A program made the position numbers and the translations under genes. The notes under the pieces were generated by a model, which was not told where the DNA came from, ran no database searches, and worked only from the letters and a program-made list of their open reading frames with translations. Positions 42,640 through 52,603 of a stretch of DNA of 62,662 nt are shown piece after piece. Each line of letters starts with the position of its first letter. Positions within the stretch are counted from its first letter, which is position 1. The DNA comes from an uncultured Fibrobacteraceae bacterium. GTDB taxonomy: Bacteria > Krumholzibacteriota > Krumholzibacteriia > LZORAL124-64-63. Location: NCBI GenBank assembly GCA_964545545.1, contig CAZJGK010000004.1, forward strand, positions 1 to 62,662. The letters run 5' to 3'.

Positions 42640-43221
42640 ATGCGCGTGATTTCAGGCAACTGGAAGGGTCGGCGGCTGGAGGCGCCACGCGGCAAGGCCG
42701 TGCGCCCGACCACCGACAGGGTCAAGGAGGCCATGTTCAACATCCTGGCTCCGCTTGTTCCCGGCGCAGGAATTATTGATCTTTGTTGTGGGACTGGCGG
42801 CCTGGGAATCGAGGCCTTGAGTCGGGGAGCCTCGGCGGCGGTTTTCGTCGACGTCGCCAGATCTTCCCTGGTCGCCACCGAACGGAATCTTGTCCGGTGC
42901 AAGGCCGATCCGGGCACATACGAACTGGTGCAGGGTGATATGCTGGCCGTGCTGGACCGCCTGCTCGACCGCCCTTCGGCGCTGCCCTTGATCCTGCTGT
43001 GCGATCCGCCGTATGATTCCGATCTGGCCGCCCGGGTTCTTGATATGGGCGGGAGGCTCCGGTCCAGGCCGGGATTTTCGGGTGCCGTGGTTGAACTTGG
43101 CGGAAAGAACCCCGTAACTGACTTGCGGGGAGGTTTGTGGGAATTCCGGCCCTATGGCCGGACCCTGCTGGCCATAATGCGACCCCAAGCCCCAGGAGGC
43201 GATGATGGCCAAGCAACATGA
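42640..43221 (+). CDS. rsmD: 16S rRNA (guanine966-N2)-methyltransferase
   Basis: Motifs are MRVISGNWKGRRL, RPTTDRVKEAMFNIL, the SAM motif DLCCGTGGLGIEA and DPPY. Confidence 0.88.
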   Translation: MRVISGNWKGRRLEAPRGKAVRPTTDRVKEAMFNILAPLVPGAGIIDLCCGTGGLGIEALSRGASAAVFVDVARSSLVATERNLVRCKADPGTYELVQGDMLAVLDRLLDRPSALPLILLCDPPYDSDLAARVLDMGGRLRSRPGFSGAVVELGGKNPVTDLRGGLWEFRPYGRTLLAIMRPQAPGGDDGQAT

Positions 43222-43699
43222 ATCCCCGGTCGTGTATCCAGGGTCGTTCGATCCTTTTACCTTGGGTCATCTGGATATCCTCGAGCGTGTTTTGCGGCTA
43301 TTTCCCCGGGTGATGATCCTGGTGGCCGAAGACGGCAAGGCGGGACTGCTGGCCGCAGAAATGCGTGCGGCCTTGATTCGCAGCGCGGTCGCGGGGATGG
43401 ACGGAGTCGAGGTCCGTGTGTTCACGGGTCTGCTGGTGGATGCGGTGGCTGAACTGGGGGCGCAGGCGGTTGTTCGGGGTATTCGCTGCCCCGGGGATTA
43501 CGAGCATGAGTGGGGTCTGGCCGGGGTCAATTCCCTGCTGGCCCAGAATGTGGAATTCGTCTATTTCCTGGCCAGACCTGAACTCGCTGCGGTGAGCAGC
43601 ACGCTGGTCCGGGATGTTCTCAAACACGGTGGCCCCGTGGACAAACTGCTGCCGCCGGAAATCGCGGTTGAACTGCAAAAGATGTTTCCGCGGCGGTGA
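43205..43699 (+). CDS. coaD: Phosphopantetheine adenylyltransferase
   Basis: Motifs are YPGSFDPFTLGHLDI and SSTLVR. It overlaps the rsmD end. ATG 43202 is an alternative start. Confidence 0.92.
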   Translation: MAKQHESPVVYPGSFDPFTLGHLDILERVLRLFPRVMILVAEDGKAGLLAAEMRAALIRSAVAGMDGVEVRVFTGLLVDAVAELGAQAVVRGIRCPGDYEHEWGLAGVNSLLAQNVEFVYFLARPELAAVSSTLVRDVLKHGGPVDKLLPPEIAVELQKMFPRR

Positions 43700-43754
43700 C
43701 TCCTCCGCATCAGGTCGTCAACCGGCGGGGACGATATTCCCGCAAAGGACTTTC

Positions 43755-44762
43755 ATGTTTTTGGATATCGCGGTAATCAACGTGGACGCCGGCAAGGGAG
43801 GGGACGGCTGCGTCTCCACCAGACGTGAGAAATACGTTCCCCGGGGCGGACCCGATGGCGGCAATGGAGGGCGTGGTGGTTCGGTTTGGTTCGAGGCCAC
43901 CGCCCAGATGACCACGTTGCAGGATTTTCGCTATCGCCGCAAGTATCAGGCCGCCAACGGGAGTCCCGGCGGCGCCCGTCGCATGTCCGGGGCCGACGGC
44001 GAAGATATTGTGGTCAAGGTTCCCTGCGGCACCTTGGTGTATGAAGTTCCCGGAGACCGTCTGTTGGGTGACCTGGTGGAACCCGGGCAACGCCTGTGTG
44101 TCGGCGCCGGGGGCAGAGGGGGCAAAGGCAACTGGGAATTCCGTACGGCCCGCAACCAGACACCCATGAAGGCCCAGTCGGGCCGCGAAGGGGAGGCGCG
44201 CGCCGTAAGGCTGGAATTGAAGCTCCTGGCCGACATCGGACTGGTGGGGGAGCCCAATGCCGGGAAAAGTACCTTGTTGAGTGTGGTGACCGCCGCCAAA
44301 CCCAAGATCGCCGATTATCCCTTTACGACCCTTATTCCCAACCTGGGTATCATCGACCTCGGGGATTTTAACAGTTGCACCCTGGCTGATATTCCCGGGC
44401 TGATCACCGGGGCCAGTGAAGGCAAGGGTCTGGGCCACGATTTCCTGAAACATATCGAACGCACTCGGGCACTGGTCTTGCTGGTGGATTCCTCGGGCCC
44501 GGACTGCATGACGACCCTGGACAACCTGCGGGGTGAGCTGACCGCCTACGGCCGGCGGCTGGAGGAACTGCCTTATGCCGTGGTGCTGAGCAAAGCCGAT
44601 TTGATGACGTCCGAGGATCTTGCTCCGCTGCTGGCGGAAGCGGGAAAGTGGACCGAAACTCACGGCGGCAGCGAAGTTCTGGCGATTTCCTCCGTGGCCG
44701 GCGCGGGACTTGATGAATTGCGACGACTGTTGCTGAGGCTCTATAATTCTCGACTCGATTGA
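43755..44762 (+). CDS. obg: GTPase Obg/CgtA
   Basis: It has an Obg fold with Gly-rich repeats (GKGGDGCVS, GGPDGGNGGRGGSV), G1 GEPNAGKST, G3 DIPG and G4 SKAD. Confidence 0.92.
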   Translation: MFLDIAVINVDAGKGGDGCVSTRREKYVPRGGPDGGNGGRGGSVWFEATAQMTTLQDFRYRRKYQAANGSPGGARRMSGADGEDIVVKVPCGTLVYEVPGDRLLGDLVEPGQRLCVGAGGRGGKGNWEFRTARNQTPMKAQSGREGEARAVRLELKLLADIGLVGEPNAGKSTLLSVVTAAKPKIADYPFTTLIPNLGIIDLGDFNSCTLADIPGLITGASEGKGLGHDFLKHIERTRALVLLVDSSGPDCMTTLDNLRGELTAYGRRLEELPYAVVLSKADLMTSEDLAPLLAEAGKWTETHGGSEVLAISSVAGAGLDELRRLLLRLYNSRLD

Positions 44763-44789
44763 TTATTCCTCCCTGATCCGGATGCGCCC

Positions 44790-45698
44790 TTGAAGAATTT
44801 GCAGGATCGCGGAACTCCCTTTGCGAGGATACGGCCCGGCTCTGCGGCGTGGCCGCCGTTGCTGGATGAGATTCCCGATGCACCGGCCTGGCTGGAGGTC
44901 GGCGGTGATCCCCGGGCCTTGATTCAGCAGTCTCTGGCGATTGTGGGGACCAGGCGCGCCACCCCGCGGGGACTGGCCGTGGCCCGCGGCCTGGGGCTGC
45001 AGGCCGCTTTGAGGGGCTGGACCGTTGTCAGCGGGCTTGCTGTGGGCATTGATGCGGCGGCCCACCGCGGAGCCCTCGACGGTAAGGGTTTGACCGTGGG
45101 CGTCATGGCCACGGGACTGGACAAGACGTTTCCCCGGCAACATCTGTCCCTGCGCAAGGAAATGGAGCGCGCGGGCTGTTGTGTCAGCGAGTACCCGGTC
45201 GGCACCCCGCCGCTGAAGCATCATTTTCCCCGTCGTAACCGCTTGATCGCCGGTCTGGCGCTGGCCGTGATCGTGGTCGAAGCGCCGTTGCGCAGCGGGG
45301 CGATGATTACCGCTCGTCTGGCCCTCGACTATAACCGGGACGTGCTGGCGGTTCCGGGCCCTGTTGACCACGACAACAGCCGTGGTTGCCACAAACTGTT
45401 ACGCCAGGGAGCTGCGCTGGTCGAATCCTGGGCTGATGTCGAGGCGGTAGTGGGACCTGGACCGCAGGTGGCCTCCACCGTGGAGGGGGGCCCGCAGGAT
45501 ACGGAATGTATCCTGACCGGGGCGGCCGCGTGGATCCTGGACCGGCTTGATCTGGCAGGTGTCAAGCGGGATGAGTTGCGCCGGTCATGGCCCGGCAGCG
45601 AGGACATCTGGCAGCAGGGCGTCCTGGCGTTGGAAATGCAGGGGTTGATCCGGAGGTTGCCCGGCGGTCGATTGGCTCGTAGTATCTGGGTGCCCTGA
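44790..45698 (+). CDS. dprA: DNA-processing protein DprA
   Basis: The Rossmann-fold motifs are IVGTRRAT, VVSGLAVGIDAAAHRGAL and SGAMITARLALDYNRDVLAVPG. The start is TTG. Confidence 0.88.
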   Translation: MKNLQDRGTPFARIRPGSAAWPPLLDEIPDAPAWLEVGGDPRALIQQSLAIVGTRRATPRGLAVARGLGLQAALRGWTVVSGLAVGIDAAAHRGALDGKGLTVGVMATGLDKTFPRQHLSLRKEMERAGCCVSEYPVGTPPLKHHFPRRNRLIAGLALAVIVVEAPLRSGAMITARLALDYNRDVLAVPGPVDHDNSRGCHKLLRQGAALVESWADVEAVVGPGPQVASTVEGGPQDTECILTGAAAWILDRLDLAGVKRDELRRSWPGSEDIWQQGVLALEMQGLIRRLPGGRLARSIWVP

Positions 45699-45724
45699 AG
45701 CGCATCATTCAACCTGGAGCTTCC

Positions 45725-46624
45725 ATGACCTCCCGCACCCGGCAACGGTTTGATTTCCTGATGCTGTACGGCCTCTTCCTGGTCGCCCGGCCATTGCCGC
45801 GCAGATGGCTGCTGGCGTTGGGGCGCGGTCTGGGCACGTTGACCTGGCGGGTGATCCGTTATCGCCGGGATGTGGTGCTGGATAATTTGAGGCATGCCTT
45901 CGGGGCCGAATACAATGACGACCGGCTCCATGACCTCGCCCACTCCTTTTATCGCCATCTGGGCATGACCCTCATGGAGTTCCTGGTTTTTCCTCGTCTG
46001 AAAAGGAAGGACTTCCTGGACCTGGTGGAGGTGCAGGGGGCGGAGCACGCCCAGGCCATGGCCCGGAGCGGCAGAGGGGGGCTATTTGTGACCGGGCATC
46101 TCGGCAACTGGGAGATGCTGGCTGCCCGTGGTGCGGCCGCGGGATTCAAGGTGACCGCTGCGGTCAAGACGCAATCCAACCCACAGGTTGACCGTATCCA
46201 GAATGACATCAGGCGCCGGGCGGGAGTCGGAATATTGCGCACGGATTCCGGGGTCAAATCCATGTTGAAGGCGCTGCGCAGGGGGGAGATGATCGCCCTG
46301 GTGGCCGACCAGGATGCCGGTGGCGACGGTTATTTCACGGAATTCCTGGGCCGACCTGCATCCTTTTTCAAGGGACCTGCCCTGTTTGCCGTGCGGGCCC
46401 AAGTCCCCTTGGTTACGGTGTTCATTAATCGTTTGCCCGATGGCCGCCATAGAGTAGTCTTTGAATCTCCGACCACGGTGGACCCAAGCTGGGATGAAGA
46501 GACAGCGGTCGCGGAATTGACCAGGCACTATGCCAACCAGCTGGAAGCTGCCGTGCGCCGGGCTCCCGAACAGTACTTCTGGATTCATCGCCGTTGGAAG
46601 ACGACGAAACCGAAAAATTCCTGA
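45725..46624 (+). CDS. Lipid A late acyltransferase family protein (LpxL/HtrB-like)
   Basis: It has an N-terminal anchor and the motifs VTGHLGNWE, VADQD and PAxFFKGPA, which are typical of the lysophospholipid/lipid A acyltransferase family. Confidence 0.75.
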   Translation: MTSRTRQRFDFLMLYGLFLVARPLPRRWLLALGRGLGTLTWRVIRYRRDVVLDNLRHAFGAEYNDDRLHDLAHSFYRHLGMTLMEFLVFPRLKRKDFLDLVEVQGAEHAQAMARSGRGGLFVTGHLGNWEMLAARGAAAGFKVTAAVKTQSNPQVDRIQNDIRRRAGVGILRTDSGVKSMLKALRRGEMIALVADQDAGGDGYFTEFLGRPASFFKGPALFAVRAQVPLVTVFINRLPDGRHRVVFESPTTVDPSWDEETAVAELTRHYANQLEAAVRRAPEQYFWIHRRWKTTKPKNS

Positions 46625-46630
46625 ATTCCC

Positions 46631-46936
46631 CTAATCCGTATGAAAACCAATGTTTTGACCCGGATTGGGCTGACCAGCGAGCTTGATCTCCCCGTACTGG
46701 GTTTCGAAGCGTTCGAGGTTGGTGCCCAGAGATTGGTGCAAGGCCTTGACCGCTTGCGGGGTCATGATGATCCGCGCGTGCACCTTGCTCTTGGGCAGTC
46801 CCGGCACCAGGCGCGCGAAATCCAGGATGAATTCAGCCGGGCTATGGGTGATCAGGGTGAAGTTGGCGTAGATCCCCTCGGCTTCCTTTTCACCAAGATC
46901 CAGGGTGATTCGCTGCTGGGGAGGTTTATTGTTCAC
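46631..46936 (-). CDS. DUF3467-family small protein
   Basis: This is the only convincing minus-strand gene. YANFTLITHSPAEFILDFARLVPG...ARIIMTPQAVKAL matches my recollection of DUF3467. Confidence 0.7.
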   Translation of the reverse strand: MNNKPPQQRITLDLGEKEAEGIYANFTLITHSPAEFILDFARLVPGLPKSKVHARIIMTPQAVKALHQSLGTNLERFETQYGEIKLAGQPNPGQNIGFHTD

Positions 46937-46980
46937 GGATGCACTCTCCTCGGGTTCGGGGCTTCAGCGGGGCCGCCGCG

Positions 46981-47007
46981 TTGACACCGCTTTGGCGGGG
47001 TGATAAT
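46981..47007 (+). promoter_or_regulatory. Candidate sigma-70 promoter for the heptose genes
   Basis: TTGACA (46981-46986) and TGATAAT (47001-47007) are separated by a 15-16 nt spacer, about 90 nt upstream of ATG 47097. The spacer is shorter than optimal. Confidence 0.35.
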
Positions 47008-47096
47008 TTCGTTCGGCGCAGCGTTTCCTCGCCGGATGGCTGCCGGGAAAACCCACGACGGGCCGGGTTCTTTGTTCTGCCCACAAGAAAGTTATC

Positions 47097-48080
47097 ATGG
47101 AAAAGGAATACAAGAACATCCTCGCAAAAATTTCCGAAGTCCAGCTGGCCGTCGTCGGCGACTGCATGGTGGATCGTTTCCTGTGGGGAAGTGTCGACCG
47201 GATAAGTCCCGAGGCGCCCGTCCCCGTGGTCAGGGTCGAAAGGGAAACCTCCAAATTGGGGGGAGCCGCCAACGTCGCGGCCAATATCCGCGCTCTCGGG
47301 GCCCGGGTCGTCCTGTGCGGGATCTGGGGCCGGGACGAGGCCGCCGCCCAGATGGAACAATTATTGGCGGAGCGGGGCATGGCAACGGACTCCCTGATCC
47401 GATGCGAAGACCGCCCCACCACAGTCAAGACCAGGATCATTGCGCATAACCAGCAGGTTGTACGCGCGGATCGGGAAATCATCGGTCCGGTGACGACCAG
47501 GGTCGCGGAAGCCCTTTTGTCCGCCCTGGATGCGGCGGGGCCGGTGGATGGAATCGTGTTGAGCGATTACGGCAAGGGGTTGCTGACCGGACCCGTGCTG
47601 CAGGAAATCATCGCCCGGGGCCGTCAATGGGGGGTCCCCGTCGTCGTCGATCCCAAGCAGGGTGATTTCAGCCAGTATCGGGGGGTGACTTCCCTGACTC
47701 CCAATCAGAAAGAAACGGAACAGGCCTGCATCACCACCATCACCGATGAGGATTCCCTGCGCGAGGCGGGACAACTGCTGCTTTTGCGGACCGATGCTGA
47801 TGCCGTTCTGGTCACCCGCGGGGAGCAGGGGATGGCGCTCTTCCGCAAAGGGGGCCAGGAACAACACCTGCCGACGCAGGCCACCAAGGTCTTTGACGTG
47901 ACCGGCGCAGGTGACACCGTGATCGCGGTCTACACGGCGGCCCTGGCGGCGGGGGCGGACTTCCTGCCCGCCGCCACCCTGGCCAATTATGCGGCCGGTC
48001 TGGCCGTCAGGGAAGTCGGGACCACGGCTGTTTCCCGTGCGGCTCTGGCTGCGGTCATCGCCTCCGGGGGCCTGGCATGA
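47097..48080 (+). CDS. hldA: D-glycero-beta-D-manno-heptose-7-phosphate kinase (RfaE domain I, PfkB family)
   Basis: It has the PfkB kinase motifs (VVGDCMVDRF, GGAANVA, DVTGAGDTV). It is a stand-alone kinase followed by the adenylyltransferase. Confidence 0.85.
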   Translation: MEKEYKNILAKISEVQLAVVGDCMVDRFLWGSVDRISPEAPVPVVRVERETSKLGGAANVAANIRALGARVVLCGIWGRDEAAAQMEQLLAERGMATDSLIRCEDRPTTVKTRIIAHNQQVVRADREIIGPVTTRVAEALLSALDAAGPVDGIVLSDYGKGLLTGPVLQEIIARGRQWGVPVVVDPKQGDFSQYRGVTSLTPNQKETEQACITTITDEDSLREAGQLLLLRTDADAVLVTRGEQGMALFRKGGQEQHLPTQATKVFDVTGAGDTVIAVYTAALAAGADFLPAATLANYAAGLAVREVGTTAVSRAALAAVIASGGLA

Positions 48081-48568
48081 AGGGCGCCCTGCCTGCCGGG
48101 ACGGTCCTGCGCCGGGACGAACTGGCTGATTGGGCCGCCGCCATCCACAGGCGCGGCGGAACCATCGCCTTCACCAATGGCTGTTTCGACCTGGTTCACT
48201 TCGGGCACCTGAGAAGCCTGCAGGCCGCTTCTGAAGCCGCCGACGAGCTGGTGGTGGCCCTGAACAGCGATGATTCCGTGCAGTCCCTCAAGGGCCCCGG
48301 CCGACCCATTATTCCCCAGGATGAACGGGCTGGGCTCATTGCCGCCTTGCGGCCGGTTTCCGCGGTCACTATTTTTGCCGAGCCTACACCGCTGGAGTGC
48401 ATTCTCCGGCTTCGCCCCGATGTGCTCGTCAAGGGGTCCGAGTACGAAGAAGAAGATATCATCGGGGCCCAGGAAGTCCTTTCTTGGGGGGGGCGCATTT
48501 TGCGCATTCCCATGGTGGAAGGTTTGTCGACCTCACAAATCATCCGCGCGATCCGACAGCTGTCCTGA
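48077..48568 (+). CDS. hldC: D-glycero-beta-D-manno-heptose-1-phosphate adenylyltransferase (RfaE domain II)
   Basis: ATGA overlap with the kinase gene. It has the cytidylyltransferase motif FTNGCFDLVHFGH and LSTSQII. Confidence 0.85.
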   Translation: MKGALPAGTVLRRDELADWAAAIHRRGGTIAFTNGCFDLVHFGHLRSLQAASEAADELVVALNSDDSVQSLKGPGRPIIPQDERAGLIAALRPVSAVTIFAEPTPLECILRLRPDVLVKGSEYEEEDIIGAQEVLSWGGRILRIPMVEGLSTSQIIRAIRQLS

Positions 48569-48610
48569 TCGTGCCGGGCCACTTTACCCTTCTCGGGTCA
48601 AGGAGTCGTC

Positions 48611-49927
48611 ATGAGTAAAATCAAAGTAATTATTCTGGGTGCCGCGGGGCGGGATTTTCACAACTTCAATTGTCGTTTCCGGGGCAACGACCAGTATGAA
48701 GTCGTTGCCTTCACCGCCACCCAGATTCCGGATATCGACGGGCGCAAGTATCCCGCCGAACTTGCCGGAGACCTTTATCCCACGGGCATTCCCATCGAGG
48801 ATGAGGCCAACCTCGTCGGTTTGATCGAAAAATTCGCCGTGGATCTCTGCGTCATGTCCTACAGCGATCGTTCCTACCAGCAGGTCATGTCCCTGGCCTC
48901 CATCGCCAATGCCGCCGGATCCGATTTTTCCATGCTCGGCGAACGTGAAACCCAGATCAAGAGCACCAAGCCGGTCATCAGCGTCTGTGCCGTGCGAACC
49001 GGTTGTGGCAAGAGTCAGACCAGCCGCCGCATCTGCAAGATTCTCAGGGAAGCGGGCAAGAAGGTCGTGGCCATTCGCCACCCCATGCCCTACGGCGACC
49101 TTGTCGCCCAGCGGGTTCAGCGTTTTGCCGAAATCGGCGACCTGGCCAAGCACAAGTGCACCATCGAGGAGATGGAGGAATACGAGCCTCACGTCGCCGC
49201 CGGAGGCGTCATTTACGCTGGTGTCGACTACGAGGCAATTTTGCGGGAAGCGGAAAAGGAAGCCGACATCATCCTGTGGGACGGGGGGAACAACGACACC
49301 CCGTTCTACAAAAGCGACCTGCATATCGTGGTGGCCGACCCCCATCGCCCCGGCGACGAGATCGGCTACTTCCCCAGCGAGACCAATTTGCGGCTGGCCG
49401 ATGTGGTGATCATCAACAAGGTCGTTGAAGCCGAATTCGAGAACATCGAGCAGGTGCGCGAGAACGTGCGCGACGTCAACCCCAACGCGGTGATCATCGA
49501 CGCAGCCAGTCCCCTGACCATTTCCGGCGACGTTGATCTGCAGGGCAAGAAGGTGCTCGTGGTCGAGGATGGCCCGACGTTGACCCACGGTGGCATGACC
49601 TACGGCGCCGGCGTGGTCGCCGCTCTGCGCATGGGCGCTGAAGAGCTGGTGGATCCCCGTCCCTGGGCCGTGGGCAAGATCGCCGAGACCTTCGAGCTCT
49701 ATCCCGAAGTCGGAACCTTGTTGCCGGCGATGGGCTACGGGGACGATCAGGTGGCGGACCTGGAGAAGACCATCAACGCCGTGGAATGTGACGTGGTGGT
49801 CATCGGGACTCCCATCGACCTGAACCGCATTGTGAAAATCAAGAAGCCGACGGTCCGGGTCAAGTACGAGTTGCAGGAAATCGGGGAACCGAACCTGCCT
49901 CAGCTGCTGGCTCGTTTCATGGACTAG
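48611..49927 (+). CDS. COG2403-type P-loop NTPase (cyclic 2,3-diphosphoglycerate synthetase-like)
   Basis: The N terminus is KVIILGAAGRDFHNFN...VVAFTATQIP and the P-loop is RTGCGKSQ. The family call is from memory of conserved N-terminal sequences. Confidence 0.5.
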   Translation: MSKIKVIILGAAGRDFHNFNCRFRGNDQYEVVAFTATQIPDIDGRKYPAELAGDLYPTGIPIEDEANLVGLIEKFAVDLCVMSYSDRSYQQVMSLASIANAAGSDFSMLGERETQIKSTKPVISVCAVRTGCGKSQTSRRICKILREAGKKVVAIRHPMPYGDLVAQRVQRFAEIGDLAKHKCTIEEMEEYEPHVAAGGVIYAGVDYEAILREAEKEADIILWDGGNNDTPFYKSDLHIVVADPHRPGDEIGYFPSETNLRLADVVIINKVVEAEFENIEQVRENVRDVNPNAVIIDAASPLTISGDVDLQGKKVLVVEDGPTLTHGGMTYGAGVVAALRMGAEELVDPRPWAVGKIAETFELYPEVGTLLPAMGYGDDQVADLEKTINAVECDVVVIGTPIDLNRIVKIKKPTVRVKYELQEIGEPNLPQLLARFMD

Positions 49928-49988
49928 GGTTTTCAGGTTGCCGCCCCGGGCCAAACCGGGGCGGCCTCAATTTCCAGGGAGGAACGCA

Positions 49989-51122
49989 GTGAATATCCAT
50001 GAGTACCAGGCCAAAGAGATATTTCGGAGTTTCGGCCTGCCCGTTCCCGGCGGCCAAGTGGCCACGACGGTGGATGACGCCGTCCGTCTGGCCGAGGCAC
50101 TGGGTCTACCCGTCATGGTCAAGTCCCAGGTCTTGACCGGCGGCCGCGGCAAGGCCGGCGGCGTGAAATTCTGCCCCACCATGGCAGATGTCCGCACGAA
50201 TGCCGAGGCGATCCTCGGGCTCGACATCAAGGGCCACATCGTGCGCAAGGTCCTGGTTACGCCTGCCGTCGACATCGCTTCGGAATACTACATCGGCATG
50301 CTTATCGACCGGGACTCGAAGAAGGTTCTGCTGATGGCCAGCGCCGAGGGCGGGGTCGAAATCGAACAGGTCGCCAAGGATACGCCCGAACTGATTTTCA
50401 AGCAGACCATCGACCCGCGTTTTGGTTTGCTGGACCACGAAGCCCTGGCCATGGGCATGCGGCTGTGCCCCGATGACATCAAAAAAGCCCGTCAGCTTGC
50501 CGCCGCCATGCAAAAGCTGTACAAGGCCTTCATGGAAGCCGATGCCAGCCTGGCCGAAATCAATCCCTTCATCTTCACCCCCGAGGGCAAGGGCCATGCC
50601 ATCGACGCCAAGGTCAACCTTGACGACAACGCCATGTATCGGCACCCGGACTATGAGGCGCTGCGCGACCTCCAGGAGGAAAAACCCTCCGAGCGCATGG
50701 CGCGGGAAGCCGGTTTGAGTTTCGTCAAGCTGCAGGGGAACGTCGGCTGTCTGGTCAATGGCGCGGGTCTGGCCATGGCTACCATGGATCTGGTCAAGTA
50801 CTACGGGGGGCAGCCCGCCAACTTCCTGGATATCGGGGGCAGTTCCAACCCGGAGAAGGTCGTAAACGCCCTGGAAATCATCCTCAGCGATGCTGAGGTG
50901 AAAGCTGTCCTGTTCAATATCTTCGGGGGGATCACCCGTTGCGATGACGTCGCCCAGGGTATCATCACGGCCACAAAATCCATGAACATCAAGGTGCCCA
51001 TCGTGGTGCGGTTGACCGGCACCAACGAAGCGGAAGGCCGGGCGATGCTGTCCCAGACCGATCTGGTCCCGGCGAGCACCATGGATGAGGCCGTGCAAAA
51101 GGCTATTGAACTTGCAGGTTGA
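49989..51122 (+). CDS. sucC: Succinyl-CoA synthetase beta subunit
   Basis: GTG 49989 follows a GGGAGG RBS. Motifs are NIHEYQAKEIF, the ATP-grasp sequence MVKSQVLTGGRGKAGGV and GNVGCLVNGAGLAMATMD. Confidence 0.93.
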   Translation: MNIHEYQAKEIFRSFGLPVPGGQVATTVDDAVRLAEALGLPVMVKSQVLTGGRGKAGGVKFCPTMADVRTNAEAILGLDIKGHIVRKVLVTPAVDIASEYYIGMLIDRDSKKVLLMASAEGGVEIEQVAKDTPELIFKQTIDPRFGLLDHEALAMGMRLCPDDIKKARQLAAAMQKLYKAFMEADASLAEINPFIFTPEGKGHAIDAKVNLDDNAMYRHPDYEALRDLQEEKPSERMAREAGLSFVKLQGNVGCLVNGAGLAMATMDLVKYYGGQPANFLDIGGSSNPEKVVNALEIILSDAEVKAVLFNIFGGITRCDDVAQGIITATKSMNIKVPIVVRLTGTNEAEGRAMLSQTDLVPASTMDEAVQKAIELAG

Positions 51123-51182
51123 GCGGGCGCGCGCTCATGGAGTGTTCAAGGCGCCGCGAGCGTCAACCAAGGAGTGGATGAT

Positions 51183-52058
51183 ATGGCTATTTTCGTGGAT
51201 GATGCGACCAAGGTGGTCGTGCAGGGTATCACGGGGCGGGACGGCGGTTTTCATACCCGCGAGATGATGGCTTACGGCACGCGCGTCGTCGCGGGTGTTA
51301 CCCCGGGTCGGGGCGGACAGAAATTCGACGATAAAGTGCCCGTCTATGATGCGGTGAAGGATGCGGTCGAGCAGGAAGGGGCCAACACCTCGGTCATCTT
51401 TGTGCCTCCGTTTGGCGCTGCCGGGGCGATCTTCGAGGCGGCCGACGCCGGCTGCAAGCTGATCGTCTGCATAACCGAGGGTGTCCCCACGGTGGACATG
51501 GTGAAGGTCATGCCCTACCTGAAGGAACGGGGCGCCAGGCTCATCGGGCCCAATTGTCCCGGCCTGCTTGCTCCCGGCATTGCCAAGCTGGGCATCCTGC
51601 CCACGAGTATCGTCAAGGAGGGGCCGGTGGGGTTGGTGTCCCGTAGCGGGACCCTGACCTACGAGGTTGTGTACCAGCTGACCAGCGCCGGTCTTGGCCA
51701 GACGACCTGCTTGGGCATTGGCGGGGATCCCGTCATCGGGACCACCTTCCTGGATGCCATCATGGCTTTCAATGAGGATCCCCAGACAGAGGCCTTCGTG
51801 ATGATCGGCGAAATCGGCGGCGACGCCGAGGAAAGGGCCGCGGAATACATCAAGGCCCACGTCAAAAAGCCCGTGGTCAGCTTCATCGCCGGCCAAACCG
51901 CCCCTCCGGGCAAGCGGATGGGCCATGCCGGCGCCATCGTCAGCGGCGGCAGCGGAACGGCGGCCGAGAAGAAGAAAGCGCTGGAGGCGGCGGGGATCCC
52001 CGTGGCCGAGCGTCCCATGGACATCGTGCCCAGGTTGCAGGAGATCTGGAAACCCTGA
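51183..52058 (+). CDS. sucD: Succinyl-CoA synthetase alpha subunit
   Basis: AAGGAG RBS lies 8 nt before ATG 51183. Motifs are [20 protein letters not shown] and the phosphohistidine loop MGHAGAI. Confidence 0.93.
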   Translation: MAIFVDDATKVVVQGITGRDGGFHTREMMAYGTRVVAGVTPGRGGQKFDDKVPVYDAVKDAVEQEGANTSVIFVPPFGAAGAIFEAADAGCKLIVCITEGVPTVDMVKVMPYLKERGARLIGPNCPGLLAPGIAKLGILPTSIVKEGPVGLVSRSGTLTYEVVYQLTSAGLGQTTCLGIGGDPVIGTTFLDAIMAFNEDPQTEAFVMIGEIGGDAEERAAEYIKAHVKKPVVSFIAGQTAPPGKRMGHAGAIVSGGSGTAAEKKKALEAAGIPVAERPMDIVPRLQEIWKP

Positions 52059-52139
52059 GGGCAGTGATTCTTTCCGGCGGGAGCAGGGAACCTGCCTGCA
52101 GGTAACTTGTTCCCGTTTCTATGCTGAGAGGAATAGCGC

Positions 52140-52547
52140 ATGATGCAGCAGACATATTTCATGATCAAGCCGGAGATCGTCGCCGCCGGCGACCAGAAGA
52201 TCGGTTCCATCCTGGACATCGTCAATCGGGCCGGGTTCCGGATCACGGGTCTTGGCCTGCGGATCCTGTCAAGGGAACTGGTGGAGGATTTTTACGGTGA
52301 ACACCGGGGCAAACCGTTTTACGGCGACCTGGTTGACTATATTGCCGGTGGCCCGGTGGTGACCGTGCGCCTGGAGCGAGACAATGCCGTCGCCGATCTG
52401 AGGGATCTCATCGGGGCCACGAATCCCGCTGACGCGGCCACCGGTACCATTCGCGATCTCTATGGAGCATCCCTGCAGAACAATGCCGTGCATGCTTCAG
52501 CCAACCCCGAGGATGCCGCGCGCGAACTGGGCTTGATTTTCGGTTAA
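52140..52547 (+). CDS. ndk: Nucleoside diphosphate kinase
   Basis: Motifs are TYFMIKPE, GPVV, IRDLYG and NAVHAS (active-site His). Confidence 0.92.
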   Translation: MMQQTYFMIKPEIVAAGDQKIGSILDIVNRAGFRITGLGLRILSRELVEDFYGEHRGKPFYGDLVDYIAGGPVVTVRLERDNAVADLRDLIGATNPADAATGTIRDLYGASLQNNAVHASANPEDAARELGLIFG

Positions 52548-52563
52548 GTCGAACTGGGCCCGC

Positions 52564-52592
52564 TTGACAGGTTGCAGCGCGAAGATTAAGGT
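52564..52592 (+). promoter_or_regulatory. Candidate sigma-70 promoter for yceD-rpmF-plsX-fab
   Basis: TTGACA (52564-52569) is followed by a 17-nt spacer and TAAGGT (52587-52592). The -10 element is weak. Confidence 0.3.
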
Positions 52593-52603
52593 TTGTCGCT
52601 TGC

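Noticed and set aside
52086-52120. Hairpin GGGAAC-N17-GTTCCC followed by GTTTCT after sucD, considered as a terminator.
   Set aside because: The stem is only 6 bp with a large loop and a weak T-tract. It is not convincing enough to annotate.
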